From Nemertoderma westbladi (taxonomy: Eukaryota > Animalia > Xenacoelomorpha), in assembly GCA_032718475.1 (NCBI GenBank), contig JAUCBJ010000257.1, positions 1 to 34,933 on the forward strand: a DNA stretch of 34,933 bases, in the 5' to 3' direction. Positions 10,668 through 20,699 of the stretch are shown piece by piece. Positions within the stretch are counted from its first letter, which is position 1; each line of letters starts with the position of its first letter. A program made the position numbers and the translations under genes. The notes below the pieces were generated by a model. That model ran no database searches and was not told the origin of the DNA. It saw nothing but the letters and a program-made list of their open reading frames with translations.

Positions 10668-13600
10668 AACAATCCAGACCAAAACTTCTTTTGAAATTGG
10701 ATCGTGACGTAAAATGGTTAAATAAATTAATCCAATGTCAAGAAATAAAAATATGGATGTTGGACGGATAATATTGGATGTTGGACAAATCGCGTTCCAT
10801 GTCCTTATTTCTCTGTCTGTCTGACTATCGGTCCTGTGGCTGTCTGATTGTCAATCCTGTCTGACTGCTTGTTCTGTCTGTCCATCGGCCCTGTCCTGCC
10901 TGGTAGTCCTGTCTCTCTGTATTATCTGACCGTTGGTCCGATCTGTCTGCGTGACTTTCAGTCCTGTGCGTCTGTCTGTCTGACTGTAGGCCTCTCTGTC
11001 TGACTATAGGCCTGTCTGTCTGACTGTAGGCCTGTCTGTCTGTATGACTGTCGGTCCCATCTGTGTGACTGTCGGTCATGTCGCTCCTACCTGTCTGACT
11101 GTCGATCCTGTGTTTCTGACAGTAAGTCCTGCCTGTCTCTCTGACTGTTGGTCTGTGGACTGTTGGTATGTCTATCTGACTGTCCTGTCTGTCTGTATTG
11201 TCTGACTGACAGTCCAGTCTATCTATCAGATTGTCTGTCTGTCTGTCGGTTGGTGTCCTGACTGTCTGTCGGTTGGTCTCCTGACTGTCTGACTGCCGAT
11301 ACTGTGTCTGACTTTTAGGTCCTGTCTATCTGACTGACTTTCAGTCTGACTGTAGGTCATGTCTGTCTGTCTGACTGTCAGTCAAACTCACTGTCGCTCC
11401 TGTCTATCTGAATGTAGGTCCTGACTGTCAGTCAGAATCACTATCGGTCCTGTCTGTCTGTCTGTCGATCGTGTCTGTAGTTACTAACATTGGCTATAAT
11501 TTTCAAAAATACATGTTAATTAATTAAAGAAGCATCTATCGGTCCTGTCTGACTGTCGGTCCTGCCTGTCTGTAGGGTCCCTCTGTCATCCGGTTCTGTC
11601 TGGCTGACTGTCGGTCAATGGAGGTCCTGGTGTCTGCATTGTCTGAATGTCAGTCCTGTCTATCTCTCTGACTGTGTGTCTATCAGACTGTCGGTGGGTG
11701 TCCTTACTGTCTGACTGCCGATACTGTGTCCAGGTCATGTCCGTCTGTCTGACTGTCAGTCAGACTCACTGTCGGTCCTGTCTATCTGTCTGAAAGTAGG
11801 TCCTAACTGTCAGTCAGTCGATCCTGTATTTCTGACTGTATATAGGTCCTGTCTGTCTCTCTGAATGTTGATCTGTCTGTCTGACTGTTGGTGTGAATGT
11901 CGTTCCTGTCGGACCTGTCTTTTCTGTCGGCCCTATCTGTCTGTCTGACTATCAGTCCTGTGGCTGTCTGATTGTCAATCCTGTCTAACTGCTTGTTCTG
12001 TCTGTCCATCGGCCCTGTCCTGCCTGGTACTCCTGTCTCTCTGTATTATCTGACCGTTGGTCCGATCTGTCTGTGTGACTTTCAGTCCTGTGCGTCTGTC
12101 TGTCTGACTGTAGGCCTCTCTGTCTGACTATAGGCCTGTCTGTCTGACTGTAGGCCTGTCTGTCTGTATGACTGTCGGTCCCATCTGTGTGACTGTCGGT
12201 CATGTCGCTCCTACCTGTCTGACTGTCGATCCTGTGTTTCTGACAGTAGGTCCTGCCTGTCTCTCTGACTGTTGGTCTGTGGACTGTTGGTATGTCTATC
12301 TGACTGTCCTGTCTGTCTGTATTGTCTGACTGACAGTCCTGTCTATCTATCAGATTGTCTGTCTGTCTGTCGGTTGGTGTCCTGACTGTCTGTCGGTTGG
12401 TCTCCTGACTGTCTGACTGCCGATACTGTGTCTGACTGTTAGGTCCTGTCTATCTGACTGACTTTCAGTCAGACTCACTATCAGTCATGTCTTATCTGCC
12501 TGAATGTCGGTCCTAACTAGTCAGACACACTATCAGCCCTGTCTGTCTGTATGACTGCCGGTCATGTCTGTCTGTTTATGTCATGATCGTGTCTGTAGTT
12601 AGTAACATTGGCTATAATTTTCAAAAAAACATGTCAATTAATTAAAGAAGCGCCCTGTCGGACCTGTCTGACTGTCGGTCCGGCCTGTCTGTAGGTTCAC
12701 CCTGTCTGTCGGTTCTGTCTGTCGGTTCTATCTGTCTGTCGCTTCTATCTGTCTGTCGGTTCTGTCTGTCTGTCGGTTCTGTCTGTCTGTCGGTTCTGTC
12801 TGTCGGTTCCATGTGTCGGTTCTATTCTGTCGGTTCTGTCTGTGGGTTCTGTCTGTCGGTGCTATCTATCTGTCGGTTCTGTCTGTCGGTGCTGTCTGTC
12901 TGTTGGTTCTGTTGTAGGTTCTGTCTGTCGGTTATGTCTGTGTGTAGGTTATGTCTGTCTCTCTGTCTGATTGCCAATCAGAATATCTATTGGTCATCTG
13001 TCTGACTGTCGGTCCTGTCTGTCTGTTTGACTCAGTCCTGTCCGTCTGAGTGTATGACCTGTCTATCTGTCCTGTGGCTGTCTGACTGTCGGTCCTGTCG
13101 GACCTCTCTGACTGTATTTATGTCTGTCTCCATGTCTGTCTGTCTGACTACAAGTCATGTGGCTGTGTGATTGTCAATCCTGTCTGAGTAGCGGTCATGT
13201 CGGTCTGTTTATCGGCCCGTCTGTCTGTCTGACTGTCGATCTTGTCTGACTGGCAGTTCTTACTGTTGGTGGGTGTCCAGACTGTCTGATTGTCGATACA
13301 TGGGTCTGACTCTAGGTTCTGTTTGTCTGTCTAACTGTCAACTCACCATCGGTCCTGTGTATCTGTCAGACTCTCGGTCCTGTCTACGTCTTACTGTACG
13401 TCCTGTCTGTGTGAATGTCATTCCTGTCTCTGTCTGATTGTAGGTGCCGTCTCTCTGTCCAACTGTTCGTCTGTCTGTCTGTCCGACTGTTGGTCTGCCT
13501 CTCTGACTATATACCCCTGGCTATCTGACTATCGATGCTGTCTGACTCTCAGTCCTGTCTACTGTCTCATTATCGGTTCTTTCTGTCTGTATTGTATCAT

Positions 13601-14328
13601 TGCCGGTCCTGTCTATATATCTGACTGTCGGTCCTGCCTGTGTGACTGGCAGTCCTGTTTGTCTGAATTGTTGGACTGTCAGTCCTATCTACTGTCTGAC
13701 TTCCAGTCCTGTCGTCTGTCTGTCCTGTCTACTGTCTGACTTCGAGTCCTGTCGTCTGTCTGTCCTGTCTTACTGTCTGTCTCACTGTACGTCTCATCTT
13801 CATTCCTGAATATCTGTTTGACTGACTGGCTATCTGACCGTCGGTCCTGTCTTGTCTGTCAGACCGCCGGCCCTGTCTGTCTGTATGACTATCGGTTCTG
13901 TCTGTCTGTATGACTGTCGGTTCTGTCTGTCTGACCTGCCCTGTCCGTCCGTCTGAATGTTGATCCTGTGCATTTGTCTGAAAGTCGTGTGATGTGCACC
14001 TATCTTACTGTGATCGATCCTGTCAAATCTGATAGATTGTCGGTGCTGTCCATTTGTGTGACTGTCGGTCTCTATAACTGACCGCTCCTGTCCGTTTGTC
14101 TGACAGTCGGTCCTATCCTCTGTCTGACTATACTGCGTGTCGGATCACTAACATCAAATTAAAAACAGAGATTCCAGCATTTTAATAAATATGTAAAATT
14201 ACTATTATAACATTCTCGGAATATGCTAGTTTATATATGCATTGATAAATATATATTTGTAATGTTGTATAATAAAAAAGCAAAACATAAGTACACAAAT
14301 AATTTAATATAATTAGCATAAAACTCAC

Positions 14329-14783
14329 CATTGATGGGACCCCGCCCGATGCTGAAGGCTGCGGAATGGCACTAGAAGGGCGAGTTGGCCAGCCGGCGGG
14401 CGGGGTGTCGATGGGCCTGGTGCTCTACTACGCGAAGTTCCGGGTGACGCACTGGGTGCGTGTCGCGTTGCACAAGGCGCAGTGGGCAACACTCCAGGTA
14501 CGGAACTTGGAGTGTTAACAACTGCTGTGCTCGATTTATCGCCGGATGGACAAGGTATTGAGTTAAGTCCAACATCCGGTGTTGGACTTGATATACTATC
14601 CCTGCGTGATAAAACAACGTAGGGAGACAGACGCCGCGACATAAATCGGGGTGGAGTATCCTTGCCAGACTTAGAATTAAGCCGGCGAATAGAGTCCTCG
14701 TCGAACCGAAATACGGGAGAATCTGTGCGAGGACTCATAGTTGGGGTGGAGAAAGGGGTACAGGTTCCTGAACCAGTTGGATC
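14329..14783 (-). CDS. Exon A, copy 3
   Basis: Same splice signals and open frame as copies 1 and 2. Confidence 0.58.
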
Positions 14784-15022
14784 CTAAAATAAAGATACAA
14801 TTTAAAACACATAGTACTTAGAAAATAAACAATAATACCGTACTATTTATCAGCTGTACATCATGTAATAGGTCGATTGTTGCAGCGGCTGTGTTCATTG
14901 AAATTAATTAGTGTCAAAAAAATAAAAAATAAATATTGTTAAAAATATAAAAATAAAATAATAAGTTTAAAATAAATAAATGTTATTTTTCTACCAGTTT
15001 TTAACTATTTAACTCAACTCAC

Positions 15023-15343
15023 CCCAATTACACGACCCCCTCGCTACCGTCGTGGACGAATGCTAATCGGTTTTGGACGACGGGATCGAGTGCGAGGAGG
15101 GGTCTCCACCGCGGACATCTCTGAGAATGGTGCTACGATGTCTGGCGTCGAGAAGCCAGGGGAAACACCCACGAGAGGAGAAAACATGGGGGTAGACCCT
15201 GCCAATGATGAGAAGGCAGGACTAGGACTCTCTTCTCGAGGGGAGAATGAAGGCAGCACCAAAGGTGAGAGGTTAGGGAGCATGCAGGTGGGTCCCAAAA
15301 GGATACGAGATCGTAACGAATCTATTGGTGATACGTTGGTATC
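15023..15343 (-). pseudogene. Exon B, copy 3 (321 nt, in-frame TAG)
   Basis: Same splice signals as copy 1; TAG at 15044-15046. Confidence 0.55.
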
Positions 15344-15412
15344 CTAAAGGGAAAAATATTTAAATGAGCATTGCCATTTTATGATTATCAATGTGGTATT
15401 GTAGTTCATTCT

Positions 15413-15662
15413 GTACATGGATACAAGGGTGTGGTACATGGATACAAAGGTGTGGTACATGGATACAAGGGTGTGGTACATGGATACAAGGGTGTGGTAC
15501 ATGGATACAAGGGTGTGGTACATGGATACAAGGGTGTGGTACATGGATACAAGGGTGTGGTACATGGGTACATGGGTGTGGTACATGGGTACATGGGTGT
15601 GGTACATGGGTACATGGGTGTGGTACATGGGTACATGGGTGTGGTACATGGGTGTAGTACAT
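15413..15662 (+). repeat. 21-bp minisatellite, copy 3
   Basis: Same 7+4 structure. Confidence 0.95.
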
Positions 15663-15679
15663 AACAATCCAGACCAAAA

Positions 15680-15815
15680 CTTCTTTTGAAATTGGATCGT
15701 GACGTAAAATGGTTAAATAAATTAATCCAATGTCAAGAAATAAAAATATGGATGTTGGACGGATAATATTGGATGTTGGACAAATCGCGTTCCATGTCCT
15801 TATTTCTCACACGTG
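15680..15815 (-). mobile_element. Possible terminus of a CMC/EnSpm (CACTA)-like DNA transposon that extends leftwards
   Basis: The minus strand from 15815 reads CACGTGTGAGAAATAAGGAC, resembling the CAC-starting termini of animal EnSpm elements. A subterminal direct repeat ggatgttggac occurs twice, and the outside flank is (TA)n-rich. The partner end is not in the window. Confidence 0.3.
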
Positions 15816-16891
15816 TTTGTTTGTATATATATATATATAAATATATATGTCAACACATACAACATTATATTATATTTATATATAGCATCAGGGTAAAATG
15901 TATTAAGATTAACCGGTAACATAGAAACTCTAAAACTAAGATAAACATATATACATTTTTTTCATAAAAAAATGGTACCTTTTTCCACCTATGTTGATAA
16001 ATATAAAATAGGCAGATTGCAGATATAGCTATATAACAAATTTATTTAAGTTTTAGGCCTACCACATCTGATCCTTTCAGACTTTCCCTCACCGTCAGAC
16101 CATTAATAAACATGCCCATTTTGGGGAATCTGGGAATTTTGGTGTAATTTTTTAGCCTTTCCACCCTCTGGAGTATTTTTTTACTTATTCTCGGGATTTG
16201 TATGGCAATTCTTAGCAGAGTTCCATTAGGACTCAATTTTTTTTATGCTGACATACCGTACGAGTACGACATAGTATGTACAATGTAGTAAGTAGCATAC
16301 CGGACCGGTCTGCCAGTGCCAGTTGTTCTGCCAGCTGACAGGCTGATGTGTTAAAAGGGTAGACTATATGACAGGACAACTGCAGAACTGCTGACGCTGC
16401 GGCATGTAAATTTTCAGTTTTCTTGTCTTACAATAGCTCTGCCAGGTTTAATTTAATTAAAGATAGACTTACATGAGATAAACAAGTGTGTGGTAGGACT
16501 GCGAAGATGTTTGACTCTTTATAACATGTACAATCAACGCATCAACATTCTTTGTTGATTGAGAATCTCTTGAAGTACCGGGAGTGGCGGTAGTGTCAGT
16601 GCTAGAGGTATTCATATTCCTGTATTCTGATATCACTGGATATTATTAATAATAACGGTACCGGGTATTGAAAATAAGAAAGCTGAATAGACAATCTGAC
16701 AACAAGCACATAAGCAGATACGGTCAGACGGTATTGTATTACAGCCTACATAATAAGCCAATTATTCCTTAACGTATAGGCCTACCGGTAGAAAGATCAG
16801 AAGATAACTTCCCTGTCAGCCTGTACCTACAGGACGTTACCGGTACCTACAGAGTTCACAAATGCATTTAGAATTCTGAATATATATTATC

Positions 16892-17501
16892 CAGGCTGCA
16901 AATGGAGTGCAAAAATCGCAACGCGCTTTGCAGCTTTGCGCGGTTTTGAAATAGTGCGCGGCAAAAATGCGCGGAATTGAAATAAAAGTGCGCGGACTGG
17001 CAGAATTGAAATAAAAGTGCGCGGAATTTTGTGAAAAACACCAAAAGTGCGCAGTAATCTGTGCAAAATATTACAAAGTCAAAGTGCGCGGATGAGGTGT
17101 AAAAAAAGTTATAAAGTGTGTGCAAAACTGCAATTTAATGAGACAAATAATTAGCCATAAAAAATTTCACTCGCTTCGCCAGTTCGCGCGCGTTTCTTTT
17201 CCATTTTCAATTTTGCATACCGGTATTGTTAAAATAAAAAAATTTCGCTCGCGTTTTTTTTCATTTTGCATTGCTTAAATTTATTTTTTTATTTCTTTAC
17301 GTTAATAAATAGGCCTAATCAGCTAGAGCTAATACTTCAGTACTTTTTTTGATTTATTTATTTATTCGTATGTTTGTGTGAATTAAATTTCAGCTTGGTG
17401 TGCGCGTTTTTTCAGTCCATGCGCGGTATATTGTCAGTTATTACGCGGATGAAAAATTGTGCGCCGGCGTTGTGCGCGGTTCAGTGGTGGTTTGCAGCCT
17501 G
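16892..17501. mobile_element. Non-autonomous DNA transposon (MITE, ~610 bp) with hAT-like CAG...CTG termini
   Basis: Perfect inverted repeat (C)CAGGCTGCAAA at 16891-16902 and TTTGCAGCCTG(G) at 17491-17502. Many subterminal (aaag)tgcgcgg motifs lie at both ends, and there is no coding capacity. Confidence 0.75.
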
Positions 17502-18589
17502 GTACCGGTATATTATTCGTTATTAATTACCAGTATTTCGGTAGCGTTTCATCTACCAGTCAGCACTGCTATACCGGTATGCAACAGTGCAATAGCTTAT
17601 CTTATCCCAACAGGTAACAGCCTGACAGCCCAACCACAGAAGACAGAAACAGGTTAAATTAGACTGCAGGACTGTACAAAAGAAAATAAACTACCAGTCA
17701 GGAGTCAGCCAGTGAAGGATAGGCTGATACTGAGATAGGCCTATGGACAGATGGATGACCGGGTTGAACCGCAATTAACAGTCCTTCGGAAAGATCCATA
17801 TCTGCATAACGCACTTTTTAACGCAACACGAAACTGCAGAACTGCCGAACACGTGCAGTTTTAGGTTTTTACAGTCTGACAGTACGGTAGTACGGCTGTA
17901 CGGTCAGACGCCCAGACGGTAAGCTACATACAGACATAGCTATTCAGCTAGCCTATTGAAATACTGAAATAAATGTTTTGCCAACATTTCTGCATTTGTT
18001 TGTGATAACATGTTAAATATGTATTTCTGTATTGCCGTGTATTTCTGTATTGCCGTACCGGTACCGGTACCTAGACTGCCAGGCCAGGCTAGGCGCAGCA
18101 CTGTGGTAAGCCTACTCCTACTGGAATACAAATAATAAAAAGAGAACATATACAATAAGCATACAGCAGTACGCCTACAGCTTTATAAATGCAGTACGAG
18201 TATATTTCTATACTGCTATATGTCATTATGTCATGTCAGGCGTACTGCAGTACCGGTACTGAGCCGTTCAGCCGTTCTGGTTAGACTTAGCCTATTTTCA
18301 TGCATACTGTAAAATCGTGAATATGAAAGTCATGCATTGCAGGGAATGCATTGTTCTAACCAAAACAATAAACTTTAAGTCAGTAGCACATGACGGCATG
18401 AGTGAAAGAACGGCCTTATATGTGAATTAAACGTTCATAATGTATAATCGAGTACTGCCAATCGATTCCCTTATCAAAAATAAAGGAAATTGTTTTTTCA
18501 CTTTATGGATTACTAATTTTTTTGGAGACCTCGGGGTGGGGGGGGGGGGGGGGGGGACTATTCGGGAAAATATTCGAGAATAAACTATT

Positions 18590-18772
18590 CGGGTTTTATA
18601 CATAAAAAATGTTTAGCTAAATACAGTATGTAATTATTGACTTAGTGTAAACACAAATAGTGAGTGTGGTGTGCTAGCAAAGTGAGCGAAAAATAATTTT
18701 AGTTTTAAAAAATTTAAAATGTTAATTTAAATACAGTATGTAGTTATTGATCTAGTTTAAACGCTATAATTG
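18590..18772 (+). repeat. About 1.5-2 diverged monomers of the 110-bp satellite, following a poly-G tract (18534-18557)
   Basis: cataaaaaatgtttagctaaatacagtatgtaattattgac...tgtaaacac and aaaatgttaatttaaatacagtatgtagttattga...aaacgctataattgg align with the satellite consensus. Confidence 0.75.
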
Positions 18773-19239
18773 GCTATAATCGCGTTGCGTTGCGTGTTTT
18801 CAAGGAAGTCCAGGTTAAAGTTCAGTGGTGGGCCAATTCTGCAATTCATAAAATTGAAAATGGAAGTACAGCAGGTACGGTACTTCTTTTCAGTGTTGTT
18901 GTTGTGTTTTACAATAACACATAGGAATTACTACGCGAAATCGAAGGATAACCTACGCCACTACGCCTTTGTGGTGGACTTGGTGAACACTGCAGACACA
19001 TTATCCTGTACACTAGTCGGGGGTCGGTCCTTATCGCGAGAGATACAGTACTATATTAATATATTGTAAATTCGTTTATAAACGCAATGCAGACGATGCA
19101 GTTTATAATATAACTTATTTCATTATCAATTGAATATTTACAGTATGAAACAAATAATATAACTTTTAAAAACTTTATCATTAAGATATATTAATCAAAT
19201 AATATATATAATAATTAATTAAATTCCGGATGAATTACA

Positions 19240-20691
19240 TGCAAGTGTGTCTCCCTGGAGGACGCCCCATAACACTTCAAATGGTTCTGTGTCACCGTCA
19301 ACAGTAGACACAAATGTTGTCGAACCATCGTATACTGATCTGATTGCTGCAATAATTTCATCAGGAATCCCATAATGAAAGTATGCTGAACATACGTGAG
19401 CGAGAGACTGAATCAAAGGCCTTGAAGAAGTCAACAAAGATAACAGCCAGATGCCTGTCTTTCTTTTTTGATAATTCTTCAATTATCCTTCTAAGTGCCA
19501 AAATGGGCTCCATGGTTCCACGACCTTTGCGGAACCCATTCTGATTTCCACGGAGCAGTCTCTCAATGGGATCCCTGATGCGATTTAATAGAATCCTATT
19601 GTATAGCTTTGCAGCAATCGAGATCAATGAGATTCCCCGAAAAGAACCATAGAGTGTTAGGTCGCCCTTCTTGGGAACTGGCACCAACTTATTTGTTATC
19701 ATTTCTTGTGGGACTCTTGTTGTTCGGTACATGTCTACTATGATGGGATAGATGAGCTTTAAACACTCAGGTATTTTAAAGACCTCAGGGGGAACACCAT
19801 CTACTCCACTGGCACGATTGGTCTTAATGCTCTTTGCAGCAGCCTTCACTTCTGCAAAGGAGATATCGCCAATGGGAATATCTGGGAGTACAGACTCAGA
19901 CACTTTTACTTCTATAAAGTTATCAGGCAATACCCTGTCATTATTGAGGAGCTTTTCAAAGTGGTTTTTCCAACAATTGAGGCGATCGGCTGGTGATTCA
20001 GCCTTAACCTTGGTGGTTGGTTGGCTTTTCCGCCCAGTAAGATTGATTTGATCGATTGATTGATCGATTTCCATGCCTGGGATGATTGCCTGCTGTCGTC
20101 AGCATCATTGATGGCATCAACCTTTTGGTTTATTAGCTCCTGTAGATTAACAGAGTACTGCCTGTTCAGGGACCTAGATGCAGCCTTAACTGCATTCTTG
20201 GCCGCTGTAGTCTGTTTGAGTCGGGACTCTTTCTGCGCCTTATGAAGGTCATTTCGGCACTTCTGAATTTTGTTGTCAGTCCAGGGGGCCCTTTTCCTGT
20301 TTCGAGGGTATACAGGAACTGTTTCTGCAGCTGCTAACTTAACTGCTTCTGTAAAGGCAGTATATCCCTCACAGTGATCTGCCACCTCAGAGGCAAGAGC
20401 CTCATACCTGTTGCTCAGCTGTAGTGTAAAGCTGGATCTCACACTTGGCTGTTGCAACAGAGAGGACCAGTCATGCCGCGGCAAGGCAGATTTCGTTGTT
20501 CTGCTAGCACGCAGACTAAGTCTTACCTTGGCCACAATAAGGCGGTGATCACAGGAGAAGGGTCGAAGTGTAAATGCATTACAGTCTTGTATAGAGCTCC
20601 TGTATTTCCTACGAAACAGAATATGGTCTATCTGGGACTTGTGACCACTGGGTCCACTATGAGTCCATAGCTTTCCAGTTCGCTTCTTGAA
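19240..20691 (-). mobile_element. RTE-clade-like non-LTR retrotransposon fragment (end of APE endonuclease, linker, N-terminal half of reverse transcriptase); pseudogenised
   Basis: Minus-strand translation gives endonuclease motifs LWTH...SQIDHILFRRKYRSSIQDC...CDHRLIVAKV, then RT motifs RASGVDGVPPE, VPVPKKGDL..FRGISLISIAAKLYNRIL, QNGFRKGRGT, FVDFFKAFDSV, YGIP and GVLQGDTLA. Frameshifts occur at ~20045-20070 and ~19380, and the fragment ends before the YADD motif. Confidence 0.92.
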
Positions 20692-20699
20692 CTAATGTA

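Larger units (their letters stand above)
1380..15808. repeat. Tandem triplication of a ~4995-bp unit (copy 1 1380-5817, copy 2 5818-10813, copy 3 10814-15808)
   Basis: The same ORFs and sequence recur at offsets of 4995-4996 and 9991. Copies are about 99% identical by eye, and the junction ...ttatttctc|tgtctgtctgac is the same at 5817/5818 and 10813/10814. Confidence 0.95.

Noticed and set aside
16868-17657. ORFs 16868-17125 and 17400-17657 as a transposase
   Set aside because: They overlap the subterminal repeats of the MITE, cross its boundaries and show no DDE or Zn-finger motifs.
16355-17910. Old duplication suggested by aactgcagaactgc (16378, 17832) and tacggtcagacg (16719, 17899)
   Set aside because: Only 12-14 nt matches with inconsistent spacing, which I cannot support without an alignment.
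18770-19069. 99-aa ORF or a first exon ATGGAAGTACAGCAG|GTACGG
   Set aside because: The ORF has a non-ATG start and no recognisable motif. A single donor-like site is not enough evidence.
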